Source: Bdellovibrionota bacterium
GTDB lineage: Bacteria > Bdellovibrionota_C > UBA2361 > JBIKWN01
NCBI GenBank assembly: GCA_044356295.1
Contig: JBIKWN010000005.1
Coordinates: 1-64,000 of the forward strand
Length of the DNA: 64,000 nt
Direction of reading: 5' to 3'
Under the pieces are notes generated by a model. That model saw only the letters and a program-made list of their open reading frames with translations. It had not been told where the DNA came from and did no database searches. Shown here piece after piece: positions 9,594-18,666 of this stretch; the first letter of the stretch is position 1, and each line of letters begins with the position of its first letter. A program made the position numbers and the translations under genes.

Positions 9594-10187
9594 TTAACGT
9601 GCAGTATCAAGACGTTTTGCAACATCATTCCAATTGATGACATTAGCAAAAGCATCTATGTAAGCTGCTCTGTTATTTTGATGTTTAAGATAATAAGCAT
9701 GCTCCCAAACGTCTAATGCAAGAAGGGGGGTAACAACCCATTGTCCAAGATCTTGGTGTTTTTCAGCGGTAAGAATTTCTAAGTTTCCAGTCATCCAATT
9801 TTTGCAAAGAATAGCCCAACCAGAGCCTTCAACTGCGGTTCCAGCTGCTTTAAATTGATTCCAAAAGCTTTCATAGCTTCCAAAATTTTTCTCAATCGCT
9901 GTTGCTAATGAACCTGATGGTTTGCCACCGCCTTTAGGCGACATATTTTCCCAAAAAATACAGTGAAGGAAATGTCCAGCGCCGTGGAATGCAAGTTCGC
10001 GCTCCCAATGTTTTACAAGTGCAAAATCATTTTTCTCTCTGGCTTCTTTTAATTTTGCTTCAGCGTTGTTGAGGCCAGTGACGTAGGCTTGGTGATGTTT
10101 ACCATGATGAAGGCGCATTGTTTGTTCATCGAGGTGTGGTTCAAGTGCGTTATAGTCATAAGGAAGTGGGGGGAGTTCATGTGTCAT
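9594..10187 (-). CDS. sod: Fe/Mn superoxide dismutase
   Basis: LPPLPYDYNALEP, HHGKHH, GHFLH, GSGW, DVWEHAYY; start at MTHELP. Confidence 0.95.
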   Translation of the reverse strand: MTHELPPLPYDYNALEPHLDEQTMRLHHGKHHQAYVTGLNNAEAKLKEAREKNDFALVKHWERELAFHGAGHFLHCIFWENMSPKGGGKPSGSLATAIEKNFGSYESFWNQFKAAGTAVEGSGWAILCKNWMTGNLEILTAEKHQDLGQWVVTPLLALDVWEHAYYLKHQNNRAAYIDAFANVINWNDVAKRLDTAR

Positions 10188-10264
10188 ATGGGGGTACCTT
10201 TTAAAAAAATATCGTAAAGTAATCAATTGTGGGGGACTCTATATCCCTGTAAAGTTTATATCTG

Positions 10265-11122
10265 ATGGGCATTTCTGACAAATTTTCTAGACTTGTAATC
10301 TTACTTTCATTAGGCAGCGTTATTGGTGGTGCTAAGGCTTGCCGTGAAGATTATTGTGTTGCCTGTAATGCAACGGTCGGAACGATCGCACCAACATCTA
10401 CCACCACACCAAGTGTAACGCCCACAGGCTCGATTACTCCAACCGTTACTTTAACTTCGATACCATCTGGTACCTTAACGCCTACTCCTACAGGTACTAT
10501 TACGATTACGCCAACCCCATCACCTACTGAAACTGATTCAGCAGAAGCCTCTATGAGAGGAGCACTTAGGAAACTCTCGCAGGAATCTGCAATCGGATCG
10601 GCTATGACACAAAAAGCGTTTGGTAATTGGCTTGGTTCAATCGCACAAGATGATTCAGACTCTGACAATGATGGATATACTGATTGGCTTGAACAGAATT
10701 CTGGATCAAATGTTAATGATGCTTCAAATACTCCAAGATTAAATCTGAAAAAATTTCTCAGAACTGCTGATCATGATGGTGATGGATTATCGGATAATGA
10801 TGAAACGTTACTTGGTACTGATCCTAAAAAAGCTGATACGGACGGAGATGGTTGCAGTGACGGTGCTGAATACCTTTCAGGTTCCCAGCCAACGGTAAAA
10901 GATAAGATTCAAAACGATTCTGATCAAGATTGTCTTTCTGACGAGATTGAAAACGAACTTGGAACAAGCGCTATTGCAAAAGATTCAGATACTGACGGAC
11001 TGAGCGATACTTTAGAAATAGCGATAGGAACAGATCCAAATCGAAAAGATACCGATGGTGATGGGATACTAGATCGTAAAGAAATTGAACTCAGTACAAA
11101 CCCGCTTATCAAAGATGAGTAA
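10265..11122 (+). CDS. Putative exported/lipoprotein with Thr/Pro-rich stalk and thrombospondin type-3-like (DxDxDG) Ca-binding repeats
   Basis: Hydrophobic leader ending AKAC, TPTG/TPTP repeats, about six DxDGDGxxDxxE...GTDP repeats. Confidence 0.75.
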   Translation: MGISDKFSRLVILLSLGSVIGGAKACREDYCVACNATVGTIAPTSTTTPSVTPTGSITPTVTLTSIPSGTLTPTPTGTITITPTPSPTETDSAEASMRGALRKLSQESAIGSAMTQKAFGNWLGSIAQDDSDSDNDGYTDWLEQNSGSNVNDASNTPRLNLKKFLRTADHDGDGLSDNDETLLGTDPKKADTDGDGCSDGAEYLSGSQPTVKDKIQNDSDQDCLSDEIENELGTSAIAKDSDTDGLSDTLEIAIGTDPNRKDTDGDGILDRKEIELSTNPLIKDE

Positions 11123-12014
11123 CCCACGGAAGCTTTCGCATCAAGCCCATATACGGGTCATAGCCCCAGCATCACCTGCAAAAGATTGGAAGTCGTTTCA
11201 ATCTGCAGTTGATCAGTTAAGAGGTTTTGGATTTACAGTTTCGTTTGGTAAAAATTTCAGAAAGAAACAAGAATATCTTGCAGGCAGTGATACAGAGCGG
11301 CTCAAAGATCTGCATGATGCTTATAAAGATAAAACAGTCGATGCAATTTTGACGTTACGAGGTGGATACGGAACGACTCGACTGCTTGATAAAATCGAGT
11401 ACTCGTTAATTAAAAAAAATCCAAAACCAATAATAGGATTTAGTGATATTACAGCTTTGCACTTAGCCATACTTACCATGACGGGAGTTGGATCGTATTC
11501 TGGGCCAAATTTATTTTCGATGTTCTCAGGAAAATCACAGTATTCCTTTCATCACTTCTTACGAGCAGTACTTGCAACTTCAAAAAAAATAGATCTCTTA
11601 ACTCATTCTAAAAAAGCACTTCAAAAAGCCAAAGTGATTCGCCCTGGTACAATAAAAGGGAAATTAGTCGGTGGAAATTTAAATCTTATGTGTTCTCTCC
11701 TGGGAACAAAGTATTTTCCAAAATTAAAAGGAACGATTTTATTTTTAGAAGATGTCAATGAAGCCCCGTATAAATTTGATAGGCTTTTGACTCAACTCCT
11801 CAATGCTGGTGTATTAAAGGGAGTGCGTGGAATTCTTATAGGACAGTGTCATGGGTGTGATAATTGGCAGCCTATAGCTATTGAACGATTAAAACCACTT
11901 GGCATTCCCATGGCTATTGATCTTCCCTTCGGTCATATCGATGAATTCATAACATTACCTATCGGTTGTGTTGCCTCAGTAGTAATAGGAAAAGAAATAA
12001 AGATTACAGTTTGA
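11115..12014 (+). CDS. ldcA: LD-carboxypeptidase (peptidase S66)
   Basis: IAPAS, RGGYG, GFSDIT, GGNL, FLEDVNE, FGH catalytic motifs. Confidence 0.9.
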   Translation: MSNPRKLSHQAHIRVIAPASPAKDWKSFQSAVDQLRGFGFTVSFGKNFRKKQEYLAGSDTERLKDLHDAYKDKTVDAILTLRGGYGTTRLLDKIEYSLIKKNPKPIIGFSDITALHLAILTMTGVGSYSGPNLFSMFSGKSQYSFHHFLRAVLATSKKIDLLTHSKKALQKAKVIRPGTIKGKLVGGNLNLMCSLLGTKYFPKLKGTILFLEDVNEAPYKFDRLLTQLLNAGVLKGVRGILIGQCHGCDNWQPIAIERLKPLGIPMAIDLPFGHIDEFITLPIGCVASVVIGKEIKITV

Positions 12015-12586
12015 TTACTCTATTTATAACACGTCACGGTCGTACTAATTTCAATGAAAAAGGATTGACCTCAGGGTGGGATAATTCTGAATTAATTGAA
12101 GAGGGAAAATTACAAGCTGCAAAGATCGGAGAGCGTCTTAAAATCATTAAGCCAGATTTTATCTTTTGCAGTACTCTACAGCGAGCAATTGATACTGCTT
12201 CTATTATTCAATCAATCTGTGGCGGAGTTCTGATTCAAAGAGATGAGCTTAAAGAAAAAAATCTTGGCAAGTTTCAAGGAATACCTGAGACTGAATATCA
12301 GGCGTTTTTAAAAAAAGTTTCGGGTGATCTAAATCTCTTTAGACCTGAAGGTGGTGAAAGTCGACAAGATGTTAAGGAACGTGTTGCTCCGGTAATTTCA
12401 GAGATCGAGAGAAATTATGAAGGTAAAACTATTTTAATAGTAGGGCACCATAGTACTAATCGATCAATTTTGAGCGTTTGTTTAGGTGGAGATCCTTCGA
12501 CGTATACCCAAAGGAATGGTTCTCTTAGCTTACTTCACTTCCAAAATGAGCGCTGGATAGAGGACTATCTTGATACGTATACATAG
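12011..12586 (+). CDS. Histidine phosphatase (phosphoglycerate mutase family)
   Basis: RHGRT..N, STLQRA, LKE.NLG, GGES, LIVGH; probable TTG start overlapping the ldcA stop. Confidence 0.85.
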   Translation: MITLFITRHGRTNFNEKGLTSGWDNSELIEEGKLQAAKIGERLKIIKPDFIFCSTLQRAIDTASIIQSICGGVLIQRDELKEKNLGKFQGIPETEYQAFLKKVSGDLNLFRPEGGESRQDVKERVAPVISEIERNYEGKTILIVGHHSTNRSILSVCLGGDPSTYTQRNGSLSLLHFQNERWIEDYLDTYT

Positions 12587-12701
12587 ATATTGTTCTTGAA
12601 CTTATTTGTAGATTCAATATTAAAAATTAGTACTTCCAGAGAAACTAGGTATTTTTTGCCGTCTTCTGTTTGGAATTAATAGCCAATTTAATAAATCACA
12701 T

Positions 12702-12728
12702 TAAGTCTTTTTTACATATTGTCGATCC
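12702..12728 (+). promoter_or_regulatory. Putative sigma28 (FliA) promoter
   Basis: TAAGTCTT-N11-GTCGATCC 18 nt before the ATG at 12746. Confidence 0.6.
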
Positions 12729-12745
12729 ATCCATGAAGAGAATCT

Positions 12746-14269
12746 ATGGAAGTGATCGACCTTTTAATACAACGTCCAAAAGAATCAAATTTTTCAGTTT
12801 CTTCCGATCCGATCCGTTCGCTGTTGGCTGGCTCAGTCATAACAATTGAAGTAGCTACAGATCCACAAACTGGAAAGCTTGGGATAAAATTCAATGACAC
12901 ATTCTATCCTGTAGAGTCTCTGACAGATTCAAAAATCGGATCATTCATTAAGGTTATTGTTCAATCAAACCTTGATCAAATTGTGTTAAAGATGCTTGAT
13001 AATGGGTTTATTCAATCACATCAATCTTCAATTGACTTAGGAAATAGAAATCCTCTGAATAACATTTCATTGGAAGATAAAAAGATATTGAGGGAAGCGC
13101 TCTCGAATGTTGAGTTGCCTATTAAAAATATTTTACATCAGACAACTGGGGTCAAAGAAATTATCCGAGATGAACTAAAAAATAATCTGATCAATAGAAA
13201 TTTAGATCGACAAGTGCTAACGCAGAAAATAGAAAAAGAAATTATTCAATCCCCACAACAACTCCTCAAAAGTAATGATGAAATATTAACAGATAGTAGT
13301 AAGAAAAATCTCTTAATGCCTAAAGCAACGTTGATTCAAAAAAACGTTCCTGAGTTCCAGAATACAGAGCTTTCACAAACATATCCTCAAAGTTTGAAAT
13401 CGGTTCCAAGTACTTTGAATGCAGCAGAGATCATTAATACACAAAAAGTAAAAGTAGCTGTAGGTAGTAATCTTACTACAGAGCAACAAGAAGTTCTTAA
13501 AGGAATCTTAAGCACCGTAACTAAACAGCTTATAGCCCAGCTGTTTCCAATTTTGCAGAATGCATCAAGGGAGCAATCAAAAGTTTTTGAGTTAATAAAA
13601 GGTCTCATCGATCAGCAAATGAGTCGTATTGTAGGAGTTCAAAAAAATCCTTCTAGTGATGAATCAACTGTATTAAACCCTTTGTCTCTAAAAGACCTCC
13701 CTATTGAGTCAGAAAAGACCAAAATTTTGAATAAAATTAAATCTGTTGCGATATCAGATCAAGTTGCCTTAAACAGTAATCAAGATGAAGTTTCTTCCTT
13801 AAGAATATCAGATCCGCTCCAACGAATGGTTTCCCAATTAGTTGCAGCCACAGATACCTTACAAAGGATTCACACACTACAACCTCAAAAAAAAGAGGGC
13901 ACCTATTTCTTACTTCCCGTATTGTACGGTAATACAATGCAATTTTCTCAGTCGTATCTTTTAGATGATGATACTGAACCGAGAAAACAGAATAAAAAAC
14001 GTCCACAACTAATTAAAATAAAGCTTGTACTTCCCTTCATTGGAGAAATTGTCGTTGAGGCATTAATGAGTGAACTTCATGTTGAACTTAGTTTGTATTT
14101 AGAGTCTGAACAGGCAAAACAAAATTTTAATTTAGTAAAAGAGTCTATTCTTCAGGGATTCAGTGAAAGTGGCTTAAATGCAAAATTAACAAATGTTTTT
14201 GTTGCACGTAAAAAATCAATTGTCCCAGAATGGATAGCTAAAGAGCTTGGTGTTCAGCAATTGGCCTAG
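12746..14269 (+). CDS. Flagellar hook-length control FliK-like protein
   Basis: Long low-complexity Q/S/N-rich body; C-terminal LVLPFIGEIVVEALM...VELSLYLESE resembles the FliK C-terminal domain; adjacent to the flagellar cluster. Confidence 0.5.
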   Translation: MEVIDLLIQRPKESNFSVSSDPIRSLLAGSVITIEVATDPQTGKLGIKFNDTFYPVESLTDSKIGSFIKVIVQSNLDQIVLKMLDNGFIQSHQSSIDLGNRNPLNNISLEDKKILREALSNVELPIKNILHQTTGVKEIIRDELKNNLINRNLDRQVLTQKIEKEIIQSPQQLLKSNDEILTDSSKKNLLMPKATLIQKNVPEFQNTELSQTYPQSLKSVPSTLNAAEIINTQKVKVAVGSNLTTEQQEVLKGILSTVTKQLIAQLFPILQNASREQSKVFELIKGLIDQQMSRIVGVQKNPSSDESTVLNPLSLKDLPIESEKTKILNKIKSVAISDQVALNSNQDEVSSLRISDPLQRMVSQLVAATDTLQRIHTLQPQKKEGTYFLLPVLYGNTMQFSQSYLLDDDTEPRKQNKKRPQLIKIKLVLPFIGEIVVEALMSELHVELSLYLESEQAKQNFNLVKESILQGFSESGLNAKLTNVFVARKKSIVPEWIAKELGVQQLA

Positions 14270-14391
14270 ACTCGCTTTCGGCGGGTCAGTCCTGAGAGTG
14301 GATGTTGATTAATTTTTTTGCTCACGCCTACGCTCATGGTCAGGTTCACGGGGGGTTGTTCGTCAATTAACAAGTTTGATTAGGCTCTACC

Positions 14392-14406
14392 TGGCATAAC
14401 CCTTGC
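14392..14406 (+). promoter_or_regulatory. sigma54 (RpoN) -24/-12 promoter upstream of motA
   Basis: TGGCATAACCCTTGC (GG-N10-GC). Confidence 0.7.
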
Positions 14407-14420
14407 CCTACTCTTTCACT

Positions 14421-15227
14421 ATGAACACAAAAGTACAAAATTTTGACACCAAATTTGCGTCCGAAGAGCGACCTTATGACAGAGGTATTATTATAGGTGC
14501 TTCTATATCGTTTCTACTTATCGTGGTTGGACTTATTGCTGGTGGCAAGTTGTCAGCAGCCTTTAATCCGATGAGTTGGTTGATTGTTCTTGGTGGAACA
14601 TTTGGAGCAACACTGGTTCAGTATTCTTGGTATGACATTAAGCATGGTTGGGATTGTTTCCGTAAAGCTTTAATGACACTTGATTTACATCCTCGGGAAA
14701 GAATTTCGTACATTGTGAATTTATCACATGCAGTAAGACAAAACGGTTTACTAATCTTGGAAGATGAAGCGCATCGCACGTATGATCCATTTTTAAAGTT
14801 AGCTCTTGAACTGACAGTAGATGGACAACCAGCAGCTGATATTAAAAGAATTCTAGAAACCGAAATGAGAGCTTCGCAGGATAAAGCACATCGCGGTTCA
14901 AATATCTTTCAAACGATGGGGACGTATGCTCCGGCACTTGGATTGATAGGTACCATTATTGGAATGATGCAAATGCTTGGTGATATGCAAAATGCTTCAA
15001 ATATAGGTCCAGCTATGGCAATTGCCCTTACGACAACGCTGTACGGAGCAATCCTTTCAAATCTACTTTTTCTTCCTATTGCAGGTAAATTAAGAAACCA
15101 TATTGATGAAGAGCTATTAGTGAAAGCTATAACTATTGAAGGGATTCTTGCTGTTGGAAGACAGGAAAATGCCTCAATGGTAGAGCAGAAATTACAAGGC
15201 TTTTTACCCCTTATTCCTAGTGTTTAG
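14421..15227 (+). CDS. motA: Flagellar stator A subunit (MotA/PomA)
   Basis: IVLGGTFGA, LELTVDG, APALGLIGT, IGPAMAIALTTTLYG, PIAGKL. Confidence 0.92.
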   Translation: MNTKVQNFDTKFASEERPYDRGIIIGASISFLLIVVGLIAGGKLSAAFNPMSWLIVLGGTFGATLVQYSWYDIKHGWDCFRKALMTLDLHPRERISYIVNLSHAVRQNGLLILEDEAHRTYDPFLKLALELTVDGQPAADIKRILETEMRASQDKAHRGSNIFQTMGTYAPALGLIGTIIGMMQMLGDMQNASNIGPAMAIALTTTLYGAILSNLLFLPIAGKLRNHIDEELLVKAITIEGILAVGRQENASMVEQKLQGFLPLIPSV

Positions 15228-15245
15228 AGTTTTTTTCTTGAGTGA

Positions 15246-15734
15246 GTGATGCTACCGAATAAATCTCAATGTGAGCATATAGAGGAAGGATTTTCTCAAA
15301 GTTTTGCTTTGCAATTTATCTCACTGGTATTATTTATCTTAATATTTGTTGTTACTAGTAACTTCTCAAACAGTAATTCAGATATTCAGACTAAAGAAGA
15401 AGTACTAGAAGTTTCGAATGTACTGAATATAAAAAATTCTGTCCAAGATAAAGTCATCTTTGAGCAGCAATTAACACCAGAATACTTTTCAGCAAACTAT
15501 AAATCCTTACAACTTTCAGAGTGGCAGCCCTTATTTGAAATGATCAAGGATCATGATCTCTCTGTAGTCGTTACGCTTGCAGCAGATTCATTATCAGAAA
15601 AATTATCAAAAGCTGAATCTACCTATTCACTATTACTTGAAGCTGGAGTTCCTACTGAAGCACTACGTGTAGAGACTAGTGTGAAAACAGAAAATGATTT
15701 TATAAAACTTATTGAAGGAGACGTCTCATGGTAA
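15246..15734 (+). CDS. Short single-TM protein, degenerate MotB-like without the TM aspartate
   Basis: TM FALQFISLVLFILIFVV; C-terminal AESTYSLLLEAGVPTEALRV resembles the end of an OmpA-like domain; lies between motA and motB. Confidence 0.5.
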   Translation: MMLPNKSQCEHIEEGFSQSFALQFISLVLFILIFVVTSNFSNSNSDIQTKEEVLEVSNVLNIKNSVQDKVIFEQQLTPEYFSANYKSLQLSEWQPLFEMIKDHDLSVVVTLAADSLSEKLSKAESTYSLLLEAGVPTEALRVETSVKTENDFIKLIEGDVSW

Positions 15735-16237
15735 CTGAGTCTTCTCGGGTCAATCACCAACAAACTCCTCATGATGTACATGGGACATGGCTTATTAGTT
15801 TTGCTGACCTTCTGGTTCTCTTGCTCTGTGCTTTTATTATGTATTTTTCTCAGAAGAACGATTCAGAGATTCTCAAACAGAATAATTCTGGCATCAAAGT
15901 TGCCTCTTTGGTGAATGAAGTACCAACTGAGCAACTTGAGTTTTTTGCAAACGATATTTTAGAAAGTAGTGATTTACTGACCCAAGAAAGTATCAAAGTT
16001 GTAAAAAAAGCAGTGGATCTAGGGTTTTACGGAGGGGAAGTGGTAACACTTTCAATTTGTAACGGGGCGAATGCGAATAAAATAGCATCTAATTTTTTGA
16101 CACTCTTTCGGGAAGCTATGGTTCCTGAAGAGCGTTTAAAGGTACGGTTTTTTGGCACTGAGTGCAGCACTCTTGGATTTAGAGACAAACCAAAAGGAGC
16201 ACTCGTTGCAAAGATAGAGATTTTGAAAAATGGCTGA
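15728..16237 (+). CDS. motB: Short flagellar stator B subunit (MotB-like)
   Basis: WLISFADLLVLLLCAFIMYF TM with the essential Asp; short degenerate OmpA-like tail VPEERLKVRFFG. Confidence 0.75.
   Translation: MVTESSRVNHQQTPHDVHGTWLISFADLLVLLLCAFIMYFSQKNDSEILKQNNSGIKVASLVNEVPTEQLEFFANDILESSDLLTQESIKVVKKAVDLGFYGGEVVTLSICNGANANKIASNFLTLFREAMVPEERLKVRFFGTECSTLGFRDKPKGALVAKIEILKNG
15889..15903 (+). promoter_or_regulatory. Possible internal sigma54 promoter for fliL-R
   Basis: TGGCATCAAAGTTGC (GG-N10-GC) inside motB, about 330 nt upstream of fliL. Confidence 0.45.
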
Positions 16238-16769
16238 CGACGATAAAGAAGAAAAGAAAGAGGAAGCACCGCCTGCTAAAAAGAGTAAGTTGATGCTCTT
16301 TATCGGTGTAGGTGTTGTCGTCTTACTTATTGGCGGAGGAGCAGCTTTTTTTCTAATGAAAGGAAAGAAAGAAGCGAAGGAAGAAATTGGCGCTGATGCA
16401 GCACAATCTGAATCTGGTCTTACGAGTGAAAGTGCAGTTGATGCTGAAGAACCACTTGAAGAAGGTGAAGAAGCATTAGGTGCAATTTTTCCGTTAGAGA
16501 CCTTCGTTGTAAATCTTACTGGTGGAAAATATGTTCGTGTACAAATGCAGCTTGAATTTCAAACACGAGATGTACCAAAAAGTTTCCTAGGAAAAATTGT
16601 AGCAATTCGTGATCTAATCATTACAGCCCTTAATAAAAAAACAGCAGATACAATTCTTGCAGAAAATGGAAAAGAATCAGTCAAAAGTTCAGTGAAAGAC
16701 ATCGTAAATGAAGTCTTGAAGAAAGAAGCAGTTAAAAAAGTTTATTTTACACAGTTTATCGTCCAGTGA
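16230..16769 (+). CDS. fliL: Flagellar basal-body protein FliL
   Basis: N-terminal TM, FVVNL, IRDLII, VYFTQFIVQ. Confidence 0.92.
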   Translation: MADDDKEEKKEEAPPAKKSKLMLFIGVGVVVLLIGGGAAFFLMKGKKEAKEEIGADAAQSESGLTSESAVDAEEPLEEGEEALGAIFPLETFVVNLTGGKYVRVQMQLEFQTRDVPKSFLGKIVAIRDLIITALNKKTADTILAENGKESVKSSVKDIVNEVLKKEAVKKVYFTQFIVQ

Positions 16770-16776
16770 TGAGAGT

Positions 16777-17805
16777 ATGAACCAGGTATTAACACAAGAA
16801 GAGATCAACTCACTCCTTCGAGGACTTTCAGATGGAGATGTAGAAACCGATTCAGTAGAAGCGGTACAAGCTGGCCCTCAAGCGAAGAAATTTGATCTTG
16901 CAAACCAAGAACGAATTATTCGTGGTCGAATGCCGACGATGGAACTTATCCATGATAGGTTCGCACGTCAGTTTCGTTCAGTACTTTCTAAGTTTTTAGG
17001 CCGAACCTGCTTTGCAAACGTAGGTGGGATTGAAATGGTGAAGTTCGGGCTTTTCATGAAAAAGCTTCCTCTTCCATCTTCACTTCATATTTTTAGAATG
17101 CCGCCACTTTCTGGATACGCATTAATGGTTGTTTCAGCACCATTAGTATTCGGAATTATTGATAGCTTATTTGGTGGTAGTGGACAGGGACGAGTTAAAA
17201 TCGAAGGTCGGGAATATACTCCGATTGAAACACGCCTTATTGGTAAGATCGTGATGCAAGCACTTGATGTTCTTAAAGATGCATGGGCACCGATTCATCC
17301 AGTTGATTTTGTTTATGTACGTTCTGAATTTAACCCATTAGCAATCGCAATAGTTCCGCCAACGGATGTGGTGATTATTGTTACCATTGAAGTTGAGCTT
17401 GAGCAGGAAAGTACAACGCTCACATTGTGCACACCAATTTCAACTATTGATCCTCTCAGACACAAGTTAGCTGCTGGGTTCCAAAGTACGCGCCTCGAAA
17501 TAGATACAACGACGGCTAAACGTATGGAAGCAAGTGTACGTCAAACTATTACAAATATGAGTGTTCAATTGGCAACAGGTACCATCAAAACAAAACAGTT
17601 TTTGCAATTATGTGTAGGAGATGTTGTTACTATGGAAACAAATCCTTCAGATGAGGCAATGCTTATGGTGGAAGGTGAACCGAAGTTTTACGGATACGTA
17701 GGAAGTTTTCGTGGGAATAGGGCGCTTAGAATTACGCGACCAATTCCAGGAAGAGATTTAATTAACTATCGAAACAGACAGGAGCTAGTGAAAAATGGCG
17801 GGTGA
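16777..17805 (+). CDS. fliM: Flagellar motor switch FliM
   Basis: VLTQEEINSLL CheY-binding motif, IIRGRMPT, FGGSG, REYTPIE. Confidence 0.95.
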   Translation: MNQVLTQEEINSLLRGLSDGDVETDSVEAVQAGPQAKKFDLANQERIIRGRMPTMELIHDRFARQFRSVLSKFLGRTCFANVGGIEMVKFGLFMKKLPLPSSLHIFRMPPLSGYALMVVSAPLVFGIIDSLFGGSGQGRVKIEGREYTPIETRLIGKIVMQALDVLKDAWAPIHPVDFVYVRSEFNPLAIAIVPPTDVVIIVTIEVELEQESTTLTLCTPISTIDPLRHKLAAGFQSTRLEIDTTTAKRMEASVRQTITNMSVQLATGTIKTKQFLQLCVGDVVTMETNPSDEAMLMVEGEPKFYGYVGSFRGNRALRITRPIPGRDLINYRNRQELVKNGG

Positions 17806-18151
17806 TGGCAGCGAAGAATTAGAACAGGTAGCGCAGGCGGCTTCAAATGTTGCTGCTGCAGCAACAGGTGCAGTAGCAGGCAAAAGAAAACCTCAAACAT
17901 TGGATTTTATCCTCGATGTCACCTTACAGGTGACAGTAGAAGTAGGGCGGTCTCGAATGACCATTCAGGATCTTCTACAACTAGGACAAGGTTCGGTTGT
18001 TGAGCTGGAAAAGCTGGCTGGAGAGCCGTTAGATATATATATCAACGGTAAACAGGTAGCACGGGGTGAAGCGGTAATCGTCAACGAGAAGTTCGGTGTG
18101 CGATTAACGGATATCATCTCTCCAGAAGATCGAATAGAGTCATTGGGGTGA
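17795..18151 (+). CDS. fliN: Flagellar motor switch FliN
   Basis: ILDVTLQVTVEVGR, GSVVELEKLAGEP, GEAVIVNEKFGVR. Confidence 0.95.
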   Translation: MAGDGSEELEQVAQAASNVAAAATGAVAGKRKPQTLDFILDVTLQVTVEVGRSRMTIQDLLQLGQGSVVELEKLAGEPLDIYINGKQVARGEAVIVNEKFGVRLTDIISPEDRIESLG

Positions 18152-18666
18152 GATACTATCTTTTAATAAAGACCCTATTCCTCTGTTTTCTTATTAGCTT
18201 TCCTTTGATGAGCCTTGCTCAAGATGCACCGCCAGCGTCTGATGCGAAGCATGAGTTATCAAAGCTCGAGCGTGCAAATGTTTTACGCGAAATCCAACTT
18301 GGGAAAGGAGCACTTGCGGAGCCATTACCAAGCCCTGATCAAGATTTAACTTCAACAGCATTAAGAATGTTCCAGAGTCTGGGAATTATTCTTGGATGTT
18401 TTTTGATTGGTGCATGGGCATATAAGAAATATATTTTGAAAGAGGTAGGAGGTGTGTCTGCTTCGCGAATAAAAGTCTTAGAAAGAATGTCGGTATCAAC
18501 AAGGGGTACGGTTATTCTTTCTGAGATAGATGGTAAAAAAATATTAATTGGAATTACTCCGCAGTCTATTAATTTTCTCGATCTAACATCAGGATCTTCT
18601 CAACAGAGCACTTTTAATTCCTCTTCACCCTCATTTATTCAAACTTTGACTGAGGAGATTAAATGA
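18148..18666 (+). CDS. fliO: Flagellar biosynthesis protein FliO/FliZ
   Basis: Position between fliN and fliP; TM followed by IKVLERMSV...ILIGIT. Confidence 0.8.
   Translation: MRYYLLIKTLFLCFLISFPLMSLAQDAPPASDAKHELSKLERANVLREIQLGKGALAEPLPSPDQDLTSTALRMFQSLGIILGCFLIGAWAYKKYILKEVGGVSASRIKVLERMSVSTRGTVILSEIDGKKILIGITPQSINFLDLTSGSSQQSTFNSSSPSFIQTLTEEIK

Noticed and set aside
10351..10668. Antisense ORF rich in Val/Gly
   Set aside because: Mirror of the Thr/Pro repeats on the plus strand. The other short ORFs nested in or antisense to recognised genes were rejected as shadows for the same reason.
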